A stretch of DNA of 62,750 bases, filler included, from Asterionella formosa (GCA_002256025.1; 12 parts of 12 records of this genome joined end to end with filler, not necessarily neighbours in it); one strand, 5' to 3'; numbered from the whole stretch's first letter, positions 37,493-50,448 are shown. Notes: a model not told the origin generated them from the letters alone. Program-made: numbers and translations.

Positions 37493-39194
37493 CTACAACT
37501 TCGACGCGAACCCATATGGACACCTTGCTGTCTGCTCGGGAACCATTCGAGGGGGCGATAATTCTGCAACTTTTTTGAGTTCACGACGTGGCCTTTCGTC
37601 AGCCAAGATAACCTGTACTTTATCTCGAATCATGCGGCCGTACATGGCATCGACCGCCGAAAAGTTGGCGATAGCCCGTTCCCGAATGCAGGACTGCGCC
37701 TTGTAAATATGTCCTGCAATATTATCAGTCAAGCGCTTTCTACCTCCATTGTCCAGAACATGAAGAAAGAATTCGCCGCATTGCGAAAAGTTGTCCTCGT
37801 CACCAGTTTCGACTCGTTGAACGTCACCCGATAGTCGGTCTCCATTCCACGACCCATCCGAGGAAGGAACAGAGCCTTTGAAAGAGTTAGGAAAGTAGTT
37901 TGGTGCGCCATCTCCATTTGCGGATACTTGCATGGGACCGTCACGTTGATAATTGCGCACTTTGGCGTTCAATGGCATGTTGACAGGAATAGATTGGTAG
38001 TTGGTACCTAATCGGTGCCGCTGTGTATCAGGATAGGAAAACAGGCGAGCTTGCAACATTTTGTCAGGGCTGGGCTCAACCCCTGGAATCATGTGCGACG
38101 GTGAAAATGCCAACTGCTCGACCTCTGCGAAATAATTCTCTGCGTTCCTGTCCAAAACCATGCGACCAACTTCCTTTAGAGGGAAATCCTTGTGAGGCCA
38201 AATCTTTGTCAAATCAAAGGGGTTGAACTTGACATTCGCCGCTTCTTCAAAACTCATGACTTGTATGTATAGAGTCCAAGAAGGAAATTCTCCCTTTGCA
38301 ATAGCGTTATAGAGGTCGCGAGTGGAATAGTCCGGGTCTTTGGAAGCAAGAATCCCAGCATCCTCAGTACTTAGATTGGAAATGCCTTGATCCGTCTTGA
38401 AATGATACTTAACATACACTGGTTCACCTTTGGAGTTGATATTCTTGAACGTATGTGATCCATATCCATTCATGTGACGATATCCGTCTGGAATCCCTCT
38501 ATCGGAGAACAGAAATGATACTTGATGCGTTGTCTCTGGTCGGAGTCCAATAAAGTCCCAAAACATGTCAGGATCGGCGAGGTGAGTGGCAGGATTTCGT
38601 TTCTGTGTATGAATAAAGCTTGGAAACAAGATAGGGTCTCGCAGGAAGAATATTGGGGTGTTGTTTCCAACAAGATCCCAGTTCCCCTCCTCTGTATAGA
38701 ACTTGACAGCAAAGCCACGAGGGTCACGAGCAGTATCAGCCGACCCACTCTCGCCTCCGACTGTTGAGAAACGAACAGCAACCCGCGTGCGTTTCCCAAC
38801 TGCATCAAACATTTTGGCTTTGCAGATGGACTTGATGAATGGCTTCGTCACTTCAAAGTATCCGAAACCAGCGGCCCCTTTCGCATGAACCACGCGTTCA
38901 GGAATGCGCTCGCGATCGAATCTAGCCAAGTGGTCGATTAGCGTAAAATCCTGAAGCAAAATAGGCCCGCTTCGAGCAACCATTTTCTCCCGCAAGTGAG
39001 AACATGTGGTTCAGTAGAATCATCAAAGATGCAATAGGAAAGCTACCTTCTTACCGTGCGCCTGCAGTCATGGATGCTGTCAATGAATCCACCGGATTGC
39101 CATTGCTAGTTGTCAAGGTAGAATGGCCGCCGGAAGTCTGTGAGGCATAGCTCTCAAGCTGGTTCGTGGCTGGTTCTCGACCCGTCATTGTCAT
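37493..39194 (-). CDS. CAT: Monofunctional heme catalase, peroxisomal (PTS1 -SKL); exons 39194(or 39188)-39055 and 38969-37493
   Basis: [15 protein letters not shown] (distal His), [26 protein letters not shown] (proximal Tyr). The GTAAGA...GAAG intron joins TAGAR/GPILLQD. Ends ASKL*. Confidence 0.97.
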
Positions 39195-41289
39195 GAGGCT
39201 GCTTGTCGGCTTGCTTGGCTCTCTGCTTGCCAGGCACTCTCTGGTTGATGGTTGGTCTGCAAGCACACTTGTGCGTGATGTTCAGGTTGCTTCTCGTTTT
39301 GGATCAATCCTATGAAGAATACCGGTAGTATAGTACCGGTATATTATCTCAACAATACACATGCAGTACCTGATGGTACCTGGTATTACGGGTACTGCTC
39401 AAGACCATCCCGTTTTTGGACTAAAATTAGAACTATGTTCAGCTGACCCCGATTAAAACCCTTTGAGAACCGGTAGATGTCAACTAATGCATGCAAGCTC
39501 TACCGTATAATTCAGTGTCATGGACCTCGCAATGTTCACTGCCTTGACTGAATTTGACTGATTTTACTTCAAGAGGGTCCAAGAATGTGGTGAGCTTGAG
39601 TAAATTTTATTAGTTCTACAGGATGACACGCTATTTAAAAAAATAAAAAAGCATATGATCCCAACATCCAATGTGGCCCACACAATGCAAAATTGGCATG
39701 AATTTTGCAAGTGGAACAAGCTTTTGTATATTGATATGTTGGAGACTTGTCTGATAGATCTGGATGGTCCAAGACTGATCCATCTGAGAGTTGATATGAG
39801 TTGGAAATTGCTTTTGTTGACTTTTTCATCATCCCACTAGCGAAAAATTGGAGGAGGAAAGCGGAGTTGTTGGACTATTGTCTGGTAAATATCTTAATTA
39901 TGCGCTGCAGAATCGAATGGAAGAATGGGAACACAAGGGAAGGGAATTAGCAAAGGAAATGGTTGCAAAGTTGAAACATCATTGGCGATTGCTCATTTTA
40001 AAGCTGCAGCTGATTTCATTGGCCAGATCACAAGTACCCTTGCAATGCACCAACTGAAATGTGTATAAATGCCATTATTCATAGAATTCTTTACATCAAC
40101 TATGGCATATTCACTACAAGCCTTGTTCTTCTAAATCGTTGATGAACTGAGGATAAAAGCTATTGTAGCGCAATGGGGCAGCTTTGATAGGTACTGAAAA
40201 CACTCTTAAGTAACTTTTATACTCATCCAAATCACGAAGACGATTTCAATTCTATTTTACTCTAGTATTCCGCTCTGTATCTCTAACGTACTTTTCAACA
40301 TCGAACCTCTGAGCTTCCACGCGTTGCAGGAAGTCCCTCTTCTGTGAATTTTTGACAACAATTGATTGATTAGCATAGCTGTGATGGTAATCTCCTGAGC
40401 ACAGTACAACATCTTTTCATTGCTATGGCACAAACTAGCGTGCGTTTTTAAACTGGAATTGCGCACAGAATCGCGCCATGATAATTATCCAACTGAAGAA
40501 AAGCGTTAGCGCAAAGCTACATTTATTTTGAGTAAAATATTTTATTCAGTATTTAATTTAAAGATTAAATGTCGGCCCAGCTCAATGAGGTAATTTTATT
40601 TGCTTCCGATGTGCCTCTCTCAACCACGTTTTCGGACTCGATTATCTCATCAGCTGGAACACAACATCGATCGGGCGTTATGACATCATATATGTATATG
40701 CGTAAAACAAATGACTTCTTCATAGCAAATATTGTCGTATCTCCATAACTGAAAAAGTTTGTAGTACAAAATGTAAGATTACCCCGCCCGTTATAGTGGT
40801 CTTAAGCAGTTGTTGACTGGTACTTTGTTTTCTCACGCATAAATTCCTGGTCTACAATCCAATTAGCTACTGGTAAAATCGTTATAGCAAGCAAGGCGCC
40901 AATAGACTGGCTGGGAGCTATCTGATAATAAAAAATTATTATATCATGCGTAATATGACACAAATCGTCGTAGCCATGAATATCCCATAATTTGTGTTAC
41001 TCACACACACATTTTTACGGTTATAAATAAAAGTGCATTATATAAGAAGATGTAAAAAGGATAGTATGTTTTATAGCCCATTTGTACTACCCTAGTATTT
41101 TTAGGCAAGTCTTCGATTGTGCTACCTGCTAACAAGACCTGTGCTTCCCTATTTTTGTTAGCGTAATTGAGTCCCCAGCCACTTTTACAAAAGGTGATTG
41201 TCTTAGCCGCAGCATTAGAAGAAAATCGAACCGCCTAGTAGGAAGGCGACACAAGCTGCTTGAAGGGGAGCAACCCACGTTTTTTCGCA

Positions 41290-41390
41290 GACCAGGCAAG
41301 ACAGTGCAGGATTGTAAGGAGTATGGGAATCGAGCCCAACAATTGCATCTTAAAAAATTGCGGGAATCGAACCACACAACTTCAGATCAC
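41290..41390 (-). mobile_element. Partial copy of the double B-box tRNA-like repeat
   Basis: Reverse complement GATCTGAAGTTGTGTGGTTCGATTCCCGCAATTTTTTAAGATGCAATTGTTGGGCTCGATTCCCATACTCCTTA aligns with 18445-18518. Confidence 0.65.
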
Positions 41391-41754
41391 ATTTCCTTAT
41401 ATAAGAAGATGCTTAGGCATGAATGACTACATAAAATTTCCCAGAATATTTCAAGACTTGCTTGCTCATACTTGAAATGACTGCTCTTGCCAAAATAGGT
41501 ATGCACATCGTTACATATCAATCAACCTCCTCAATACATTGATTGTCATCACTCTTAGATTTTGACGATATCTTCATCTTCTTGTTCCAGTCAAAGGAGA
41601 CCAGTCATGTGGGCTTCCCTTCCTCTCCAAGGCTGCTTGAAAAAATTTAACTTCACTTCTATTAAGCACTTTAAAACTACTCATTTGCTAGAAGGGTAGA
41701 CCAAGTAGCACTTCCTGGCACCGCCAGCCCATGTAATCTAAAATATCTCGATTA

Positions 41755-41993
41755 GGGGAATGGCTTGGTGGTTAGCACACCCACTGTGGTGGCAGGTTCG
41801 ATTCCTGCATTCTCCACCTGTCTTTTTCATTTAGTCCCTAGGGTTTTGGGGGGTGCGGCTGACGAAAAGGCAGGTCACATTGTACCATACAGACAAAATA
41901 AAACCGGTAATAATTGTGTCCATCTATTTGGTGGGCCCAAGTGCAATTATTGGATAGCTTTAATGTACTATAAAATTTCATTGACATTTTTTA
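41755..41993 (+). mobile_element. tRNA-derived SINE with target-site duplication
   Basis: tRNA-like head 41755-41816: acceptor stem GGGGAAT/ATTCTCC, A-box TGGCTTGGTGG, T-arm GCAGG-TTCGATT-CCTGC. Flanked by AATCT(A/C)AAATATCTCGATTA at 41735-41754 and 41994-42013. Confidence 0.75.
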
Positions 41994-42134
41994 AATCTCA
42001 AATATCTCGATTATCAAATGTAGCCATCATTATGTAATCAATAAGTCACTGTTGTTTCCAGGCAAGCTATTGGGAAGCTCAGCATTTTCATTCTGAATTG
42101 CAGTGAGGATGCCTTTCTAAATATTATTGATTCC

Positions 42135-44231
42135 CTACAGTTTACTCTGTGGAGCCGGAAGATTGGCATACATCTTGGCGATTTGATGTTCATACTTTTT
42201 TCTCAGCTTATCCCGTTTGAGCTTAAAAGTGGGAGTGACTAAATCATTTTCAGCAGTGAACAAGTTTGAATCTAGGTAGACAGCCTTGGGAGTCTCAAAA
42301 CCATGTAGGCCATGATCACTCGATAGTCGCTTGATTTCAGACATAATAGCTGCATTCAATTCGAAAGACTGACACAGGACCTCAAAAGGCTGCTTTGCCA
42401 GCGATGGAAGTTGCTTTGATGCCCAAGCTTTCACTGGCTCCTCGTCAGGAACTATAATAGCAACCAAGGCACTCTGAAAAGAGTCGCCATTCACAAAACA
42501 TTGTCCAATCAACATTGATTCCATGAAAATATTCTCGATCTTTTCTGGTGCAACATACTCTCCTTGCGACAGCTTGAAGATATTCTTCTTGCGATCTACA
42601 ATCTTCAACTGACCTTGCATTGTCCACAATCCAATATCACCACTTCGTAACCATCCCTCTTCATTGATCATTTCCTTCGTCTGCTCCTCATCCTTGTAGT
42701 ATCCCTTGAATACATTGGGTCCACGAATCCAGATCTCACCACGGCCCTGACAGGGTCTGCCATCATGTTGTTTATCAGTGTGAAGATATCCCATTTCTGG
42801 GACATCCACAAGTACAACTTCGGTCGCTCCAGTTGGCCCCCCGACATGACCCACTGTCGAAATATCGTATGGATGGCCAATCGTGGCAGCAGCCGCTCCT
42901 TCTGTTTGACCATACCCTTCGATAACCGTCACACCAAGCATGCAGCGGAAGAAAATCATGACTGATTCACTTAACGGTGCAGATCCACTGACCATGAATC
43001 GGAGACAGTCCAAACCCAAAGCCTTTTTGATCTTGTTGAAAATAAGACGGTCATACAGAGTATGCTTCAAGTGCCCATTGGCCAGACCTTTTGTCTTGGC
43101 AGCAATGCCGGCATCAAAAATCTTTTTCTTCATCCCCCCAGCAGCGACGATCCCTGCCAGAATCTTATCATGAATCTTGTTCAAGACACGAGGAGCTGCA
43201 GGCAGTAGGGTAGGTCGACAAGCTTGCATGTCTTCGATCAAAAATATTGGATCCCCACGGTAAAAAGCGATGGAAGCACCAGTAATTAAAATTTGTTCTG
43301 CAACTATTCGTTCAAATATATGCGCCAAGGGAAGATATGATAAATGCCGATCAAAGGCTTCTGGTCTAAAGGTGGTTTGCATCCCAGCGATAGCCGAAAT
43401 GAAATTCTCGTGAGTTAGCAACGCCCCCTTTGGGTTTCCCGTCGTTCCAGATGTGTAGCAAAACGTCGCGACATCCTTGGCGTTGGGAGGATTGTGTTCA
43501 TGTCCCCTAGTGGCAATTCTCTGTGCTCCAATGGCTTCGACCTTGGCAAATGAAATGACGTCAACGCCTGCGTCCTTGGCAATTTGTGCGGCTTCTGGAA
43601 TTACGCCATCAACTAGAATGGCGTATTGAAAGTTAGGGCAGTCACCAGATGACTTGGCCTGACAGACTATAGGTAGTTCCGCGCGACTACAAACCACTGA
43701 CTTGGAACCAGTCTGCGCGAGGACAAAACGGACAACATCAGGACCCAACGTGTCGTACATTGGAGCTGTTGCTCCACCCAAACAGAAGGTGGCATGCTCT
43801 GCTAATATCCATTCCATGCAATTTTTCATGTACAGACAGAGCTGAAGATATGGTTAGTTTTGCAAGGAGTATCTGGGGTTGCTGTGGACATGAACACTTA
43901 CCACCGTCATCCCCTCGTCATTCTTTTCCAGTAAATTCAAAGTGTCCAAACCTGCCGCAAAGGCATCCACTCTCGCCAAGCATTCCGAATAAGAGGAATA
44001 AATGTATGGCGTAGGAAAACCGGTGGTACTAATAGCCCTAAACCCCAAACAAGGCCCCAATGGATTGATACTGGCGCCTTGACGAATGCCTTCGTACAGT
44101 GTGCGGCATCCGTCGACTCCCAATTCGGGATGCAAGGATGGATCAAAGGCGCGTCTAATGTTGCCTCGGTCGGCTCGGGATGTTTGTGGCACTTCGTACG
44201 ACCAGAGGTCGATGTGTTTGGTCGTCGTCAT
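42135..44231 (-). CDS. LACS: Long-chain acyl-CoA synthetase, peroxisomal type (PTS1 -SKL); exons 44231-43902 and 43841-42135
   Basis: AMP-binding FCYTSGTTGNPKG, EGYGQTE, GWLRSGDIG...IVDRKKNIFKLSQGEYVAPEKIE, VTPTFKLKR. 60-nt GTAAGT...TTCAG intron. Ends QSKL*. Confidence 0.96.
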
Positions 44232-46182
44232 GGTAGTACCTAGTACCTGGAACGCTGTAGTCGGCGTGGGAGATGATTTTATGTATTTATCATTTGAGGA
44301 AGCAGAAAACGAAACTCCATAGTAGGCATGTACGGGAAGTGCGTACAAGCATCAGTCAAGGTGATCTAAAAAGGGGAACCTGCGGGATGTGGGCGGAAGT
44401 TGCGGCAAAAGGCGGTTCTCACTACATCCAAGGAAAACGACGCAGCTACATCAACTTGCTCTGGAACTAGTACCAGGTACCTGGTACCTGGTACTCTCTG
44501 CAGCTTGCTGTTTGTATGCATACTAGTGATGAGGCGACAGAATTTCTGTGAAACCCATTCCTCAGCACCCTAGAACTCCCTATTCCAGAGAAGTATTCTC
44601 ATCGGAGGAGTGCTGCTACGGTCACCAGGATGAGCTGCATGTCAAATAATAAATTTGTTTTATTCCATGGGATACATCATGTTACTGAGTTTTTTACACT
44701 TTTGTAGCTCGCACATGCAACCTTCGCCATAGTCAAATGTTTGTATTTTCCAGGTTGTTTTAGTCTCCTATTTTTCCCATAGTAGCTAGGTAAAACTTCT
44801 TCTTTGAGTTTCACCGAAATTCTCAGTTGAGCCACTCAACAAATGCCTATAAGCACTTTGTGTTACTCCTTTCTTATTTTGGAAAAATTGGCCATTAAGA
44901 TACTAGTACCCCTCAAGCACAATATAGCGCGAGAAAACCACCAGCAAGCAATGTTAAATCAACCAGCTGATCAACAATGGTGGTGCTTTTGGTTGCGTTC
45001 TTGGTGAACTAATGAACCGGTAAAATGATAACAAACTATAGAAATGAATGATTCGATACTATTTTATGTTTTGAGGCACTTTGTTTTTGATGGATCTGTA
45101 GGCCATTTGCTAGGCGACTTGCATGCAATGGCATTTCCAAAAATTGATCTCACAGCAATCCATCTACGAATAGCAATTTGCCACACCTCCATCACTACAT
45201 CTGTCAATTGAACTAGCCGTTTGTCTGATTGCCGATGTCCGCCTTGCAGGATGTTTCTTAGACTTTTAATACGCCAGTTTTCTTGCAAGTCAACCCATTC
45301 CTCATATTATCGTTATACTACTAGCTGAAAGAAGAGGTACAGAAATGGAAAACTGGAGTGAGATTCTGGTGAAAAAATGTGCTTCAATATCCGGTCTGCT
45401 GGTTGTCACTTACTGCTGTTAGGAGATGTCAATGTTTGTTTGCAACATCATGAGGGACTACAGGTACAATTCATTCACCTGCCTCCAAGCGGCTGCCTGA
45501 ACCCAACAATCAACCAGTCTGATGCTGTGAGACATCAAACAATACAAACGAGATGACAAGCAAGGTAGAAATGGACAACCATGACGATTATTCAGGTGAT
45601 GTGATTTATGATGCGTGTTCTTGCATTGTTCCCAGTGCATATTTACTGACTAGCTTTACCGTGTTGTTCTCAGAGAAATAACTAAGTCTATGACGGTTTC
45701 TAAGTAAGAATATATGAGTGATGAATCTCCAAATCTTGAAATCGCTGTGATCTGTGATTTTCGACTTGTTCATCTGTTGGCGAATATGAAGAAAGCTTAA
45801 GCCTGGAATGCTGCCAAGATTCACTGAGAGATGAAGAAGTTGGAATCAAAACAACAGTGATCAACCCCTAATTTCGCATCAGGTTGACTGGCATCAAGAA
45901 ACAATATTAATTTTGCTAAGAAAACAAAAGACTGATTAGGATTCTTTTTACAATGGCTTTCAATTGCCCATTTTATCAACAAACATTTGAAGCAGAAAAG
46001 GTTGCATGTGCATAGCAATTACACTACTGGTTGCAGCATACCAGGTTACGAACCTGCTCAACAGCAAGCATCAGCCAGCATGACTTAAATATTTTTTCTA
46101 TGATAGCTACCTACGATAGTAGCGAGCTCCAGTGGTGCTGCGCTGGCGGAACAAGTATGATACGCACTGGTACCGGTACCTG

Positions 46183-46269
46183 CAAGTTGAGGTCATTTTG
46201 CTTAAATAGACAATTTGATCTGGGATAAAGATAGCTAAATCTTTAGTTGAGCAAAATTACCGCAACTTG
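46183..46269. mobile_element. Mini MITE, second copy of the 33069-33152 family
   Basis: CAAGTTGAGGTCATTTTGCTTAAATAGACAATT...AGCTAAATC..TA.TT.AGCAAAATTACCGCAACTTG. Confidence 0.8.
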
Positions 46270-46510
46270 ATGGTACAACTACCGGTACCAGGTACCCTGG
46301 TACCTACTACATATGATCTGATCAACTGAAAAACTATGTACGTACCGGTATGATATAGGTGTATATACCGGTAAAACCCATGCTGTAGCTTACCAGCTAC
46401 AACTCACTCAGTGTATGTGATAGCATCCGCATTTAAAATCACTTGGCCATTGCTTCTCTTAATCATCACCTCCTTGCGACTTACTTTCCATTCACGTATC
46501 TCTCATTAAC

Positions 46511-47405
46511 ATGGACGCTGACGAGGGAGTGGTCAACTTGGTACGTTGTAATCTATGAACGAGAGTTCTGACTCCGTAGTCGTACGAATTCTTCGTCAGG
46601 TGGGTAGTTCTGTAAACTGCCGTTGCGTCCTTTGGAACAAACACTCCATGGTCAATCTGTGTCTGTACCTGATTTTGTTAGGTACTGTTGCAATCAAACA
46701 TTCGAGTCTGATACGAACGCTTAGTTAGCGCTGTTCTATTCAAGGAAGCGCATAATGTCTGATTTTTAAGTATATCTGATTTTTTGCATCACTCATGTTC
46801 ATTTCAAATTCGACGATCGAACAGATTTCCAAAGAGGGAGAATCACACCCGGTCAAGATTGAAGTAGCAAAAATGTCCAAGCTCGTTGAAGCCACTATTG
46901 ACGACGAAGGGGATGAAGAAACGCATGACGTTCCCTTACCCAATGTCAAGTCGTCCGTCCTTGCCAAGGTCATTGAGTACTGCGAACACTACAAAACGGA
47001 AGAAATGACCACCATTACGACACCACTCAAGTCGAGCAAGATTGAAGACCTGGTGCAACCTTGGTATGCGGAGTTTGTCCGAATCGATCAAGTCATGCTC
47101 TTTGAGCTAGTTACGGCTGCCAATTTTATGGATATCAAGCCATTGTTGGACTTGACTTGTTTGGCTGTTTCGGTGATGATCAAGGTACGAATATTGGTAC
47201 AGGGAAGTTCATGTCTTGAGCGATTGACAGATAGTCTGTTTCGAATGTAGATCCAATGGAACATTTGCTCACGTCATTGAAACCACAGGGGAAATCTGCC
47301 GAAGAGCTTCGCCGGATATTTAACATCAGCAATGAATTTAGCCCAGAGGAAGAAGCCCAGGTTCGAGAGGAGAACAAGTGGTATGAGCAGCCAAACAATG
47401 CATAG
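46511..47405 (+). CDS. SKP1: S-phase kinase-associated protein 1; exons 46511-46540, 46825-47184 and 47289-47405
   Basis: [75 protein letters not shown]. Two GT-AG introns in frame. Confidence 0.96.
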
Positions 47406-47733
47406 GCAACATATTCGATAAGAGGTGTCTGTAAAGGTGCATGTATTCCCTATGATTACCGGTATTTTGGGTAGGCCAGGATATCACCGCCAGACCAATC
47501 GCCATGTATCGACGTTTCGTGTTGCATATGCGACCTTTGAGATGTTCAAACTGACGGAGATTCTTTTCACTGCGCCTGTTCTGTTAGGTTAGCTAGATAG
47601 ATTAGATTATGAACATTATCTACCAGTTGATGATTTGAAGAATCATGGCTACATTGAATGCGGGGATCGAAGGGACGTAGCCGCCAGTAATATTGGATTG
47701 GAATTGATTTTGATTATCATTCCACGCGCCATG

Positions 47734-48646
47734 CTACTCCGTTCGGCGCTTCTTGACATCTTGCTCTTGCCGTTCTTCGACGCTGGGAGTGACAGCTCGA
47801 CTTTGCTTGGAATTTCGAGCATTTTCATCGCAGACATGAACCTTGCGACTGCCGAAGGTCTTCCACTCAAGATGAGCGGCTGTAGCTGATGCGCCCGCCA
47901 CAAATAGCTTCAGCTCCATCTCTGTCAATCGTTTGGTATACGCAGTTACATCGTCTCCAACACTGCTCATACTCCAGTCCAATGTCTTTCTCAGGCGCTC
48001 GCCAGTGTACGTCTGCCATTTATTCACACTCATGGGTTAGAATTACACAATCTAGGATGCAGTTTGGCAAGAATACAATGCACATGTAGCCAAATCACTC
48101 ACCATCAAAAGAGTTCGCCGCAACTCAGCAGCCTCTAGTTCCAGCTGCTGCACAGCGGCTGTAGTTCTCCTCTGATTTCTTCGTCCAGGAGTACTTTCAG
48201 AATTGGCCGCAGTCGATTTGGCGTAGTTCTCAATCAAATCGACAACCATTCGTCCCGACATGAAGTAGTGCTGGTTTCGTTTCCTACAGGGATTATCGAA
48301 AGCCAGGAGTGAGCTTCTGTGTACCTTTATCCGTGACAAAATTAACACATGTGCAAGGAACGACACAAAATGTCGGAACGTACCTCAAATCAGCATCACC
48401 TGGATCAGCTTCGAGCCGTTCTCGTGCCTTGCGCCCAAAAATGCGCGGTATGCTGATTTTGACCATGCCAAGTGAGGACCACTTCTTCACAGCCCAGAGG
48501 GGCATCTTGATAGCACTTTCATCTGGGAGATATTGCTTCTTATTGTCTGGATCCAAGTGCGGAAGATGATGAAAGTCAAAATTATTGATGCATGGAATAA
48601 GTTCCTCTTCTGCCAGAATGGCGTCAATGTCGTAATAGCTCGTCAT
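47734..48646 (-). CDS. PSF3: GINS complex subunit Psf3, three exons (approx. 48646-48384, ~48283-48103, 48012-47734)
   Basis: MTSYYDIDAILAEEELIPC, KMPLWAV, PRIFGRKARERLEADP..ADLR, HYF..G, RLTEMELKLF. GT-AG introns link the ORF pieces. Confidence 0.85.
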
Positions 48647-49009
48647 TACGGACGACTGTTTTCAAGGCTAAAAGAGCTGCTCACGCTATTCGAAGGGAAG
48701 AAACCGGCAACAACAGCAGGAATCAACTCTGGTTGTTTGGCTGTTTGAGATGCCTTTGGGCCGTGAGTTCAACGCAGTGAGCGTCAATTACATAAAACAT
48801 GTGATAACAATGGTGCATATTACTACATGCAAAGGATGGGAGAAAGAAATTCAAATCTCAAAACTTTTGGCCCAAGAACCCAACAAAACCTGAATATGAT
48901 AAAAATTACNNNNNNNNNNNNNNNNNNNNNNNNNNNNNNNNNNNNNNNNNNNNTTAATTAATTAANNNNNNNNNNNNNNNNNNNNNNNNNNNNNNNNNNN
49001 NNNNNNNNN

Positions 49010-50448
49010 TTCATTGTCGGAAATGTATTGAGCAGCCTTTCTTGCAACCACACCATCCAGCAGAGCCGTAATCTCCATCTTTCTTGATTTCCATGATTTG
49101 CTAGAAAAGTAGCAATGTAGGAACAATAAATCATCTCGTCGCATGTGGCATTCCTTGGCTGGCCTGTAATCCACGCAGTAATCAGTATGCATAGGACTAT
49201 CATAAGATGACCCCCTATAGACTTTCGGAGCAACAGAAACAGAGCTTGCTTTCGAGATCACTTGAGGTACCATTCCGTCTCCAGGTGCATAGTAGGGATG
49301 CAGTGAGACAGTCGGCAGCCATTGAAGCTTGAATACTTTCGCTGGCGAAATGTCGGCTGGATTCTCACTCAGAAGAGGGGACTTCATAATTTGCACAGGG
49401 TAAGAACAGATTGACGACTTTGTACTTTCCAGTACAACGTCTGGCATTACATTTACAATAGCAGTCACACTGGCAACCTTCATACAAACTTGTATTTTGC
49501 CTTCATTATCGGAAATGTATTCAGCAACCTTTCTTGCAACCACACCATCCAAAATAGCCTTAATCTCCATCTTTCTTGATTTCCATGATTCACTAGAAAA
49601 GTAGCAATGTAGGAACAATAAATCATCTCGTCGCATGTGGCATTCCTTGGCTGGCCTGTAATCCACCCAGTAATCAGTATGCATAGGACTATCATAAGAT
49701 GACCCCCTATAGACTTTCGGAGCAACAGAAACAGAGCTTGCTTTCGAGTTCACTTGAGATACCATTCCGTCTCCAGGTGCATAGTAGGGATGCAGTGAGA
49801 CAGTCGGCAGCCATTGAAGCTTGAATACTTTCGCTGGCGAAATGTCGGCTGGATTCTCACTCAGAAGAGGGGACTTCATAATTTGCACAGGGTAAGAACA
49901 GATTGACGACTTTGTACTTTCCAGTACAACGTCTGGCATTACATTTACAATAGCAGTCACACTGGCAACCTTCATACAAACTTGTATTTTGCCTTCATTA
50001 TCGGAAATGTATTCAGCAATCCATGTCTCAATATTCCCATCCAATTCTCCAAACACTTCCACCAACACAGCCCCTGACACAAAACTCAACACTTCCGCCA
50101 CATCCAACCACAAGATCGACCCATACGCCAACAAGTACGACAAGAACGAAGCCTCAGACAAGACGAACACAAACGCAAAGCCAAGCAATTGCACCAACAA
50201 CGTGGTCCCCGACACATATGCCAACAAGTGCGACAAGAACGAAAAATCTGACAAGACGAACACAAACACAAACCCCAGCAATTGCACCAACAACGTGGTC
50301 CCCGACATATATGCCAACAATTGCGACAAGAACGAAGCCCCCGACAAGACGAACACAAAAACAAACACGTATTCCAACACTTGCACCAACAACGTGGTCC
50401 CCGACACATATGCCAACAAGTGCGACAAGAACGAAACCCCCGACAAGA
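49010..50448 (-). repeat. Coding-like tandem repeat contig: two 492-bp (164-aa) units plus ~93-bp (31-aa) hydrophobic units in one open frame
   Basis: Unit starts at 49010, 49502 and 49994. The minus frame is open over the whole contig. Confidence 0.8.

Noticed and set aside
37493..38995. ORF-track starts for catalase (38995), LACS (43829 and 44348) and SKP1 (46795)
   Set aside because: These starts lie in introns, in internal exons or upstream of the likely ATG. Spliced models with GT-AG introns restore the conserved N-termini.
41755..41816. Functional tRNA gene
   Set aside because: Only 62 nt, the anticodon stem cannot form properly, and it lies inside a TSD-flanked element. Treated as a SINE head.
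50130..50448. Repeat-spacer-like pattern (GCACCAACAACGTGGTCCCCGACA...) resembling a CRISPR array
   Set aside because: The intervening sequences are themselves near-identical (plain 93-bp tandem repeat), there are no cas genes, and the context is eukaryotic.
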